IMG/VR virus record: IMGVR_UViG_3300045988_069579 | Location: 1 to 43,212 of that record | Reading direction: 5' to 3' (one strand) | DNA from: a virus | Length of the DNA stretch: 43,212 bases | Part shown: positions 16,501 through 25,807 of the stretch, piece after piece | Layout of the letters: every line of letters starts with the position of its first letter | Position numbering within the stretch: the first letter of the stretch is position 1 | Notes under the pieces: model-generated | Told to the model about the DNA's origin: nothing | Seen by the model: only the letters and a program-made list of their open reading frames with translations | Database searches by the model: none | Translations under genes and position numbers: made by a program

Positions 16501-18060
16501 ATGCCTACATGGAAAGCATGGAAAGACGAGAATAATAACGTATTTTATTTTGACAATGATCACGACTACCAAGCGGACATAAATGCAGCCGTTGCAAAAG
16601 GCGACACGGCGGCAGCAGCTAAAGCATGGGATTTGAGGCGCGCGAAGGGAGAGGCTAACGGCCTTAATCTTAATATGGGCAATGCAAACCCCTATGGAAC
16701 CACCGGCGGTACCTACAACGGCACAAGCTACAGCAATTCTATAGACTACGGTCTCAGCGCCGATGCAAAGTTTGCTGCCGGAGACATAGAGGGCGCGAGA
16801 GAGGATGAGCGAAAAGGAAACGCAAAAATCCTCGGTAATAACATGAATTTAGAGCTTCGCAACAAATATGGAAGCTACAGCGACACCGGCAAAGACACAC
16901 CATCGACGGATTATAATTCCAAGTATTCCGAAGATTTGGACAAAATCCTTGGTTCAATTACCGATGCAATAACTAATGCTCCGACTATTTCCATGCCGGG
17001 ATATTCTGCACCGACGTACAATCCACAGTATGACGCGCAGATAGACGAGCTTTTGAATAAACTGCTCAACCGTGAGGAATTTAGTTACAACGAAGAGCTT
17101 GACCCCCTGTATCAGCAGTATAAAGACCTATACACCAAGCAAGGACAGCTTGCAATGGAAGATACAATGGGGCAGGCGGCAGCGCTAACAGGCGGCTATA
17201 GCTCAACCTATTCACAGGCCGTAGGACAGCAGATGTACAATGCGTATCTGCAAAAGGTAACGGAGATGCTGCCCGAGTTCTACGACAGAGCATACGGCAA
17301 ATATCGTGATGAAGGGCAGAATATGAAAGACCTCTACGGCATGTACATTGACCGCGATCAGGTCGATTTCCAGCGCTACCAGCAGGAAGTCGCGAATGCC
17401 GAAATGGCGTATCAGGCGGCTGCGGCTGCGGCAAGCATGGCATATCAGCAGCAGCAGGATAACATAAGCAATCTCGGCAACCTGTATGGCCTCGTTTCCG
17501 GCGCGGATGCAACGGATTATGAGCGGTTCCTCAACAACTGGAACATGAACAACACGCTTGATCAGCAGGAATACAACAAGCTTATCGACAAGTGGAATCA
17601 GGACATGCAGCTGAGCGAGAGCAATTACAACAGGCGGCAGGATGCCCAGAAGCTTGCACAGAGCCAGATTGACGCAATCATTGCAGCCGGCGGCACGCCC
17701 TCTCAGGCGCTTATAAGCACGGCAGGCTATGACCCGTCATATATCAACTCCCTCATGAGCTACTATCAGCAGCAGGCGGCGGCGCAGAGTGCAAGCGGCA
17801 GGAGCGGCGGCTCAGGCGGCGGGGGAAATAGGTATCCGAGTGGCAAAGACTTCAAGGTAAACAAAGATGGAAGTATTTCAGTAAAAAAAGTTCGTCAGCT
17901 TAATTTTGACCCTGACGAGGGCATTTTCACATGGAACGGCAAAAACTATAACAGTCTTAATTCGCTTGTCGATGCATGGAATAAAAACTCGAGTTTAACC
18001 GATGATGATATAAATGTTCTCAAACGAAAGCTTAAATCTCAGACAAATATCAGCTTGTAA
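16501..18060 (+). CDS. Virion protein, Q/N/Y-rich (possible internal or ejection protein)
   Basis: A 519-aa ORF with a GGAGGG SD, immediately upstream of the giant virion gene. Confidence 0.45.
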   Translation: MPTWKAWKDENNNVFYFDNDHDYQADINAAVAKGDTAAAAKAWDLRRAKGEANGLNLNMGNANPYGTTGGTYNGTSYSNSIDYGLSADAKFAAGDIEGAREDERKGNAKILGNNMNLELRNKYGSYSDTGKDTPSTDYNSKYSEDLDKILGSITDAITNAPTISMPGYSAPTYNPQYDAQIDELLNKLLNREEFSYNEELDPLYQQYKDLYTKQGQLAMEDTMGQAAALTGGYSSTYSQAVGQQMYNAYLQKVTEMLPEFYDRAYGKYRDEGQNMKDLYGMYIDRDQVDFQRYQQEVANAEMAYQAAAAAASMAYQQQQDNISNLGNLYGLVSGADATDYERFLNNWNMNNTLDQQEYNKLIDKWNQDMQLSESNYNRRQDAQKLAQSQIDAIIAAGGTPSQALISTAGYDPSYINSLMSYYQQQAAAQSASGRSGGSGGGGNRYPSGKDFKVNKDGSISVKKVRQLNFDPDEGIFTWNGKNYNSLNSLVDAWNKNSSLTDDDINVLKRKLKSQTNISL

Positions 18061-18077
18061 GTTCAGCGAGGTTAAAG

Positions 18078-21000
18078 ATGGCGAAGAAAATAAATCTTAC
18101 AAAAGAGCAGATAGAGGCAGCTGCAAAAGCAGGGCGCGAAAAGACCGAAAAAGCCTATGCCCAGAAAGCACAGGCAATCGCCAAGGGTTACGGCACAAAC
18201 AGTGCTAAATCCAAAGTTGGTAAGAATAGAGGACAATTGCCCGGAGTGAGCGAAGTTCTTGCTCGTAACAACCCTGCTTTCGCTGCTTTGCAGCAAGCCG
18301 GGAACGCTAAAAAGCTCACCAAGGGCAGCGACGCTATATCTTACGGCAAAAAAAGCAGCGAGCGCAAGCCGGGACAGATAAGCGCTTTGGGCGCAGGAGA
18401 TTACGGCGCGTCAAAAACAACGAGATTTGACGCTACGGCGAACGCTGCAATATACAGCACGGCAGGCGCATTTTCAAACCTTTTCGGTATGCTGAAAGAA
18501 AAGGACGCGCAGGCAAAAGCGCGAGATGCAGCGGACAGCGCAAGGCTTAAAGCCGGATATGACGCAATGCTCAACGGCGAGGACATAAACACGCGCGAGG
18601 GCGGTCTCAAGAAGCAGCATGAGGACAGCCAAAAGGCCTTTGAGCGCGGTTATGCAGCGCTTGCAGGAGCAGGACAAAAGAATTTTGACACCGCCGATGA
18701 GCTTGCCGCACGCTCGAATGAGTATCAGCAGATAGCAAAAGAGGGCTTAGGCAAGTTCGGACAGGGCGTTGTTGACTTCGGCATTGCAGGCTTGCAGTTT
18801 GCCGGTGACGCGGCTATGAACGCCATTCTCCCCGGCTCAGGTCTTGTGGCAATGGGAATGAGAGCGGCAGGAAGCGGAGCGCAGGAGGCAAGAAACAACG
18901 GCCTTGATATCAATGACCAGTTTACCTCTGGCCTCAAGAGCGCGGCAATCGAAGTGCTTACAGAGAAGCTTTTCGGCGCTGCTTCCAAAGTCGCATACGG
19001 CAAGGGCATTATCAGAAACGAGAGCCTTGTTAACGGTCTTGTAAACCGACTGGCAAAGACGGACAAAGGCCGCACGGCGCTCAAGGTCATTGTCGGCGCG
19101 AACGAAGAAGGCTTAGAGGAAGTCCTCTCGGATATCCTCAACCCTGTTGCAGACCGTGTGCTCAAGCTGGATGACGGCAAGGGCGATTGGTCTGACCTGG
19201 GCGAGGACATGGACGCAGAGCAGATGCTCGAGGACTACATCATCGGCAGCACTCTCGGCCTTTTCGGTGCAGGAACGAACGTTATAAGCGGTCAGTATCG
19301 CGCCGAGAACGCGCAGCAGAGAGCGTATGAAAATTATCAGCGCGAGCTTGTAAACGCCGGGATTGCATCCGAACAGGGTTCTCAGGCACAGTTGACCGCC
19401 GCAGAATATCAGAACATCCTTGACAACAGCGCAAAGAGAGGCAACAGAAACCTGAGCGACAAGGAAACAGCCAACCTTGAACAGCTTATAACGGCTGAGA
19501 GAGACACGCCGGCAGTGCGAAATGCTCTTGAGCGCAGCGGTACGCTTGTTGACGATAACACCGCGACGGTCATTGCCAAGGCTGCAAGCGGTCAAAAACT
19601 GACGAGAGCGGAGCAGAGCATCATAGACAGCAGCCCGGTAATGCAGCAGGCTGTGAATACCATGACCGGGAGCGGCGCTGTTGCTAACATCCGCACAATG
19701 GCGGCAAAGAACAGCGTTGTTAACAGCATGGCAGAGCGATATACGGTCTCCCCGGAGGTTATAAGCAGAACATACGATCTCGCCCCCGTCGAGTCTCCCG
19801 AGGCGTTTGAAATGGCGTTTGATGCTGTGTATCAGATGGGGCAGCAGGGCGCGAACAAAGAGTCGCTTATCAAAGTGCCCGTTCTGAACCGCGCACAGGC
19901 GGAGATAGCCTATAACATGGGTGCATCTACAACTCAGGCGGCGGTTGACAATGCGGCGGCGCAGGGTGATAATGTAAGCACACAGGTAAACAACCAGATA
20001 AACACACAGGAGGTAAACGAGAATGGAGTACGTCTACGCGACAGCGGCCAACGGCTTAACGGTCAGAATACCGAAGGACAAATACCCTCAGTGGAAAGAG
20101 GCACAGTCGAAGCTTACGCCGGAACAGATAGCGGCAGACAAAGCGGTTATAGCGCAGCTCAAGGCAAAACTGGGCAAAAAGTAGTCTATAACGGCGTAGA
20201 GCAGGAGAATGTCTACTACTCCGGCGAGGACACCGAGAGCATGAAAAAAGGCCGTGAGCTTGCAAGAAGCTACGGCTATAACGTCACATATTTCGAGGGC
20301 GGCAATATCAAGGACAGCGGCGGCGAGTTCAGAGGCATGGTCGATACCGAGAGCAAGACCGTTATGGTGCGCTCAGACCATCCCGACATATCCGCAGAGC
20401 AGATAATGCGCCACGAGATGGGGCATGCGGCGATAGCGCAGGGCGATATAAGCCTTGGCGAGCTGCGCAGTGCCATGCTTTCAGACCTCTCGGAGAAGGA
20501 GCTTAGCAGCGCTGTCGAGGTCTACAGGCACGCATACGGCGACACGATAAGCGAGGCTGAGGCGTTTGAGGAAATGTGCTGCGACGCGCTGGGCAAGATA
20601 AACATCTTTGCCGGAACGGAGCACGACAGCGCAAACTACGGCAAGGTACAGGAGAGTTTCCGCAAGCACACCGCCGAGACCGCGAACAAAGGCAGAGCGC
20701 CGCCGAAAGGTGGAGTGAGGTTTAGCCGTGCTCAGCGCGGCCGGAGCGTCGAGATTGAAACCATGGAAAACAACCGTTTTGAGCGGTTGCGACGTTTTGG
20801 TGATAACTTGCCAAAAATATGGTATGCCTATACATCTAAATACTTGTATGTATACGAGAACTACGGTAAGATGGATTATAGCATAAAGCGCCGGATAACG
20901 TTGAACGATAACAATCTCACAAATACGGTAGTGAAGGAGATTAATAATGGAACTTACGGAACTGCAAAGGCTTTTGATACATGGCATGAAAGTCTGCAAA

Positions 21001-24000
21001 CTCGAACAAGACGATATAGTAACCGCCATAATAATGCTGGACACGGAAGAAAAACAGTGGGAAGCGGCAGATTATCTAAAAACAGTGGTACACAATCCGC
21101 CAAAAGCGCCGGAGATATTCAAAGAGATAGCGGAGATAACCATGTAAAGAAAAAATTCTCTATGGAAGCACCCATAGAGGAAAAGAAAAATCTTATAGCG
21201 TTGCACAACCTTGATGAAACAAAGCTTTTGAAAACGCTGAAACTCGGCGGCTTCCCGATGCCGTCAATCGCGATAACAAAGAGCGATATCCCACACACAA
21301 ATTTCGGTAATATTACCATTGTGTTCGGAAAAGAAACAATAGACCCGGAATTTGACCGTCGCAACACGGTATATTCTGCCGATGCGTGGACACCTTTGGT
21401 CCCGCGCGTTGAGTATGAAGCAAATCCAAAAGCTGAAAAAAGAATACGCGATAAGTATTACGAGCTTTTAAGAAAGTACGGTAATGATTTTGCAAGGCCT
21501 CTATACGAGTCGGCAAACTATCTAAGCGATACGCTCACCAAAAACGGCGGTGTTGAAGGTATGGTAGAAAAATTCGCCGATGATACGAGAATGATGCAAG
21601 TATATCTCGCCGACACTGGCAAGAAACCCATTGAAGCTGTAAAAACTGAAACTGTTACGCGGCTTGCAGATAATCAAATCGAAGAGTACGATGCGCTTAT
21701 AAATACTCTCGGGGCGGATGTTCTCAACGAAATGACAGCAAAATCAAATCAGGCTCCATTTGCGGCGAGAAAAGAATGGCTTGCAAAACACGGAGAAGAT
21801 TTGAAATCGGCGTTTGAACAGTATTTAATTAAAAACGGAATAGACGCTGATACGGCAAGGTCTGTGGTTGGAGATATGAAGCCTGCATCACTTCTTAATG
21901 AGGCGATTGCGGCGCGTAAGTATATGAATAACGGAGCAGAAACACGCAGAATCGAGGTTGACACGGATGCTACTAACAAAGCAATAAAGGCTGCGGTTAA
22001 CTCTGATGAGTACATGAAGTGGCTCAAAGACTTGTATGGCAACTCAGTCAAGGATAGCGGCGTTTACAACAACAAGGACTATTATACTCCAAGTGGGAAT
22101 ATGAGAAGCTTTAAGGCTACGCATTTCCCGAATACTCTTGATGGAATAGTCAAGGCCATGACTTCGCAGGGAGACGGTAATTCTCGAAATGTTATGGGAT
22201 TTCACGGAACGAAAAGCCTTAGAGCAACTACGGCGGAGCGTTTTAAAAGTATAGAGGATATGCACAAGCTTGAAGGCCGGTTAAAGCATCTTACAGAGGA
22301 AGAAGCAGCTGAAATAAATGATGCACTTGATAACCGCCTGTCTGAGCTTATGCATAGTGTATATGAACTTGTTCCTCACGATAGCAGCTCCAATGAGTTA
22401 ATCGAACTCGATACTTTAGGCGAAATATTCATAGAAGCAGCGGGACTAAAGTATAAAAGTCCTGCTAATGTTAAATCATTGTTCAAAAAATACAATTATC
22501 CTTTGACTGACAAAATGGCAAACGATATTGTTGCGCTTCTGTATGATATAAACAATATGCCTGTAAACATGTTCGAGGCCAAGCCGGAACGAGCGGTCGG
22601 ATTCGATGAGATACGCAAGGTCATTATTCCTGACACGTCATCGGATACACTGCGCGTGGCGCTTAAAGATGCAGGGATAAATAACGTCGAAGAATACAAA
22701 GCCGGAGACGATGCAGCACGAATGAAGATCGCAAATGACGTGCCGGATGCGCATTTTTCCCGAGAGCCGGAGAGCATTACCGAGCTGCGGCGGCAGAACG
22801 AAACTATGCTTGCTCAGGCGACAAACGAGGACGCGGCAAACGAGAACGAGCGCGGCCTTATAAAGGACTATAAGCGCCAGTATGACAAGGTCAGCGGCAT
22901 TGCCGAAAAGCTTAACACGGCACGTCAGGAAGTGCTAACGGCAGAGAACGGCGGAGACAAAAACGCCATAGCGACAGCCCGAAATCGTTTTACCCTGCTT
23001 AGCAGAAAGTACGCAGAGGAACACAGAAAACTCAGCGATTATGTCAATATCAAGGCTTTGGACAATGTCCTTACGAGGGTAAAGGATAGAACGGCAGAAA
23101 ACCCGCTGCCCGAAGGCATGGGCGCGGCTTCGGCAGAGTTCACGGGCGAGGAAACAAGAGGCGAGCGCTGGGTAACTGAGGCTCAGGGCAAGGGCAACAA
23201 CGCGCTGCATCCGATAAGCCGAGAGCAGGAAGCAAACCTTGCCGAGCAGCAGCACAGAGCGCCGCAGGAGATACCCAAGGAAGATCTGAACGGCAAGCTC
23301 ACGAGCAAGCATGTTTCCACACTCGCAAACAGCGGCGTTACCCCGGCAGAGTTTTCCGACGCACTACGCGAGGACGCGGCACAGGGTAAGTTCTCACACA
23401 TAGCCTATTCCGACGAGGCAGCGCTCAAAAAAGCCGAGATCACGATAGAGGCTAACGGCTGGGAACAGGCGCTTGCCGATTACAAGGCACAGATAAATGC
23501 CGGTAAGGTATCGAAGGACAATACCGTTATGGGCATTGCCCTATACAACAATGCCGTCAACAGCGGAGATTATGCAACCGCGCTGGATATTGCCTCACTT
23601 ATGGTGAAGAACTCAACGAACACGGCGCAGTCTTTGCAGGCGATGCGCATACTCAACAAGCTCTCTCCCGAATGCAAACTGTATCTTGCCGCAAAGTCCG
23701 TTGAGACTATAGAGGAAGACCTTAACGAGAAATACAAGGGCAACAAAGCGGATATACACGTTGACAAGGTGCTGTATGACGAGTACGGTAAAGCACTCAG
23801 AAGCGGCGACGAGTACGGCATAAAGACCGCATGGGCGAAAATCGAGCAGAGCGTAGCACAACAGATAGACGCGACATGGTATGAAAAGCTCAACAATTTC
23901 AGATACCTCGCTATGCTGGGCAATCCTCGTACACATGTCAGAAACATCGTGGGCAACGCATTTTTCGTGCCAGTCAGGGCAGTCAAAAACACCATAGCAT

Positions 24001-25724
24001 ACGGCCTTGAAAATGTCGCCGACAGCAAAGTAAACGGAGGCATAGAGCGCAGCAAAGCCATGCTCAACCGCAATAACGCAAATGACGTGGCACTTATAAA
24101 ATATGCAATGACCGATTATGAAGCGGTGCAGGAGACTATACTCTCGGGCGGCAAGTATGTCGATACATTCCAGGGTATAGACAAGAAAAGGACGATTTAC
24201 AAAACCAAAATCCTTGAGGCGGCACGCAAGGGCAATTCAAACCTGCTTGACGCGGAGGACGCATGGTTTTGTAAACCTGCATACGCCAACGCGCTCGCGA
24301 AATGGTACAAGGCAAACGGCATAACCGCCGAACAGCTCAACACCGGCAAGGTACCCGAAAGCACGATAATAAAAGCTCAGACCGTTGCGATAAAGGAAGC
24401 CCAGAAAGCGACTTACCGCGACACAAACAGATTTTCGGCAATGGTCAGCAGGCTCGGCAAGGTCGATAACAAGATCGCTTCCGCGCTAATAGAGGGCGTT
24501 TTGCCGTTCAAAAAAACACCGGCAAACATACTCGTGAGAGCGGTGGAATACTCGCCCGTAGGGCTTATAAAGTCGCTCGCCGTTGATACAAAGAAAGTCA
24601 AGGCGTATGTAAACGGCGATGTAGAAAACGGAATGTCACCGGCACAGTTTATCGACGACGTTTCCGCCGGGCTGACTGGCACTGCGCTTGTCGGCTTGGG
24701 TGTTCTTCTGGCATCGTGGGGATTATTCAGCGGTAGCCCCGGAGACGACGATAAACAAAACAAGTTTGACGAGCTGGGCGGAAGTCAAAACTATGCGCTT
24801 AACATAGGCGGTCTAAGCATCACGCTTGACTGGCTCGCGCCGGAAAGCATGCCGCTATTCGTGGGCGTTGAACTGTATAATTCGCTCAGCGGCAAAAGCG
24901 AGGATAACGGCTTTGTTCAGAACCTTATGAGTTCCGTCATGAGCCTCAGTACGCCCATGTTTGAAATGTCAATGCTTCAAAGCGTCAACGATCTGTTTGA
25001 TAACCTTGCCTACATAAAGCAAGGACAGGGTTCGTTCAAAATCGTAACGAGCATGGCGACAAACTACATATCACAGTATTTCCCGACGCTGTTCGGGCAG
25101 GCCGAAAGAGCGTTTGGAGAAAATCAGCGAGAAACAACGTATATTGACCGCAACAGCAATGTCGGCTCTGAGCTGCAATATATGTGGGGCAAGATCGCCA
25201 ACAAGATACCGCTTTATGATTTCAGTCAGATACCGTACATTGACGCATGGGGACGTACAGAGGAAACCGGCAACCTGTTTGAGAGGGTGCTCAACAACTT
25301 TGTAAATCCGGCATACGTCAAGAAGGAGCGCAGCACCGAGATAGACGGCGAACTTAAACGGCTTTATGATCTGGGCGAAACCTCCGTATATCCCAGCCGC
25401 GCGAAAACAAACACAAAAATCAACGGCGAATATCTGACGGCTGAGGAATATGTGAAGTATGCAACAGTTAAGGGGCGAACCTCTTATGATCTGGCAACGA
25501 AGATAATAAACAGCAGCACATATTCTCGCGCATCCGATGCCGAAAAGGCATACATGCTCAGTTATGTATACAAGTACGCAGACCATATCGCTAAGTACGA
25601 AGTCAATAACGAGAGCAGCCTTGCGAAATGGGAAGCAGCAGCCTATAAGAGTTCAAACCCGGCGCAGGGGATAATCGACCATGCGCAGGAATATTATAAG
25701 CGCAAAGAGGACGACGAAAGTTAA
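18078..25724 (+). CDS. Giant polyvalent virion protein (2548 aa) with HExxH metallopeptidase motif and C-terminal membrane segment
   Basis: One uninterrupted ORF. HEMGH lies at 20412-20426, and a hydrophobic helix (GLTGTALVGLGVLLASWGLF) lies near 24670-24730. No tape-measure, tube or sheath gene occurs elsewhere. Confidence 0.8.
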   Translation: MAKKINLTKEQIEAAAKAGREKTEKAYAQKAQAIAKGYGTNSAKSKVGKNRGQLPGVSEVLARNNPAFAALQQAGNAKKLTKGSDAISYGKKSSERKPGQISALGAGDYGASKTTRFDATANAAIYSTAGAFSNLFGMLKEKDAQAKARDAADSARLKAGYDAMLNGEDINTREGGLKKQHEDSQKAFERGYAALAGAGQKNFDTADELAARSNEYQQIAKEGLGKFGQGVVDFGIAGLQFAGDAAMNAILPGSGLVAMGMRAAGSGAQEARNNGLDINDQFTSGLKSAAIEVLTEKLFGAASKVAYGKGIIRNESLVNGLVNRLAKTDKGRTALKVIVGANEEGLEEVLSDILNPVADRVLKLDDGKGDWSDLGEDMDAEQMLEDYIIGSTLGLFGAGTNVISGQYRAENAQQRAYENYQRELVNAGIASEQGSQAQLTAAEYQNILDNSAKRGNRNLSDKETANLEQLITAERDTPAVRNALERSGTLVDDNTATVIAKAASGQKLTRAEQSIIDSSPVMQQAVNTMTGSGAVANIRTMAAKNSVVNSMAERYTVSPEVISRTYDLAPVESPEAFEMAFDAVYQMGQQGANKESLIKVPVLNRAQAEIAYNMGASTTQAAVDNAAAQGDNVSTQVNNQINTQEVNENGVRLRDSGQRLNGQNTEGQIPSVERGTVEAYAGTDSGRQSGYSAAQGKTGQKVVYNGVEQENVYYSGEDTESMKKGRELARSYGYNVTYFEGGNIKDSGGEFRGMVDTESKTVMVRSDHPDISAEQIMRHEMGHAAIAQGDISLGELRSAMLSDLSEKELSSAVEVYRHAYGDTISEAEAFEEMCCDALGKINIFAGTEHDSANYGKVQESFRKHTAETANKGRAPPKGGVRFSRAQRGRSVEIETMENNRFERLRRFGDNLPKIWYAYTSKYLYVYENYGKMDYSIKRRITLNDNNLTNTVVKEINNGTYGTAKAFDTWHESLQTRTRRYSNRHNNAGHGRKTVGSGRLSKNSGTQSAKSAGDIQRDSGDNHVKKKFSMEAPIEEKKNLIALHNLDETKLLKTLKLGGFPMPSIAITKSDIPHTNFGNITIVFGKETIDPEFDRRNTVYSADAWTPLVPRVEYEANPKAEKRIRDKYYELLRKYGNDFARPLYESANYLSDTLTKNGGVEGMVEKFADDTRMMQVYLADTGKKPIEAVKTETVTRLADNQIEEYDALINTLGADVLNEMTAKSNQAPFAARKEWLAKHGEDLKSAFEQYLIKNGIDADTARSVVGDMKPASLLNEAIAARKYMNNGAETRRIEVDTDATNKAIKAAVNSDEYMKWLKDLYGNSVKDSGVYNNKDYYTPSGNMRSFKATHFPNTLDGIVKAMTSQGDGNSRNVMGFHGTKSLRATTAERFKSIEDMHKLEGRLKHLTEEEAAEINDALDNRLSELMHSVYELVPHDSSSNELIELDTLGEIFIEAAGLKYKSPANVKSLFKKYNYPLTDKMANDIVALLYDINNMPVNMFEAKPERAVGFDEIRKVIIPDTSSDTLRVALKDAGINNVEEYKAGDDAARMKIANDVPDAHFSREPESITELRRQNETMLAQATNEDAANENERGLIKDYKRQYDKVSGIAEKLNTARQEVLTAENGGDKNAIATARNRFTLLSRKYAEEHRKLSDYVNIKALDNVLTRVKDRTAENPLPEGMGAASAEFTGEETRGERWVTEAQGKGNNALHPISREQEANLAEQQHRAPQEIPKEDLNGKLTSKHVSTLANSGVTPAEFSDALREDAAQGKFSHIAYSDEAALKKAEITIEANGWEQALADYKAQINAGKVSKDNTVMGIALYNNAVNSGDYATALDIASLMVKNSTNTAQSLQAMRILNKLSPECKLYLAAKSVETIEEDLNEKYKGNKADIHVDKVLYDEYGKALRSGDEYGIKTAWAKIEQSVAQQIDATWYEKLNNFRYLAMLGNPRTHVRNIVGNAFFVPVRAVKNTIAYGLENVADSKVNGGIERSKAMLNRNNANDVALIKYAMTDYEAVQETILSGGKYVDTFQGIDKKRTIYKTKILEAARKGNSNLLDAEDAWFCKPAYANALAKWYKANGITAEQLNTGKVPESTIIKAQTVAIKEAQKATYRDTNRFSAMVSRLGKVDNKIASALIEGVLPFKKTPANILVRAVEYSPVGLIKSLAVDTKKVKAYVNGDVENGMSPAQFIDDVSAGLTGTALVGLGVLLASWGLFSGSPGDDDKQNKFDELGGSQNYALNIGGLSITLDWLAPESMPLFVGVELYNSLSGKSEDNGFVQNLMSSVMSLSTPMFEMSMLQSVNDLFDNLAYIKQGQGSFKIVTSMATNYISQYFPTLFGQAERAFGENQRETTYIDRNSNVGSELQYMWGKIANKIPLYDFSQIPYIDAWGRTEETGNLFERVLNNFVNPAYVKKERSTEIDGELKRLYDLGETSVYPSRAKTNTKINGEYLTAEEYVKYATVKGRTSYDLATKIINSSTYSRASDAEKAYMLSYVYKYADHIAKYEVNNESSLAKWEAAAYKSSNPAQGIIDHAQEYYKRKEDDES
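20947..21147 (+). CDS. Nested +1-frame ORF (66 aa) inside the giant gene
   Basis: AAGGAG (20934-39) sits 7 nt upstream of ATG 20947. The product MELTELQRLLIHGMKVCKLEQDDIVTAIIMLDTEEKQWEAADYLK... looks like a folded helical protein. The host frame here is G/S/R/K/T/N-rich low complexity. Confidence 0.45.
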   Translation: MELTELQRLLIHGMKVCKLEQDDIVTAIIMLDTEEKQWEAADYLKTVVHNPPKAPEIFKEIAEITM

Positions 25725-25733
25725 AAAACATGC

Positions 25734-25769
25734 GGAGGTGGGGCTTAATAAGCCCTGCCTCCTTTTGTT
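25734..25769 (+). terminator. Rho-independent terminator after the giant gene
   Basis: A 13-bp stem (ggaggtggggctt / aagccctgcctcc, two G-U pairs) with an aat loop is followed by ttttgtt. Confidence 0.8.
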
Positions 25770-25807
25770 ATGCTTAAATCAAGAAGCGAAAAAGGAGGAA
25801 AAGCCTT

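Noticed and set aside
20481-21044. A 187-aa minus-strand ORF inside the giant gene
   Set aside because: It is antisense to a continuous 7.6-kb ORF, has no SD, and is Ser/Cys/Ile-rich junk typical of an AT-richer antisense frame.
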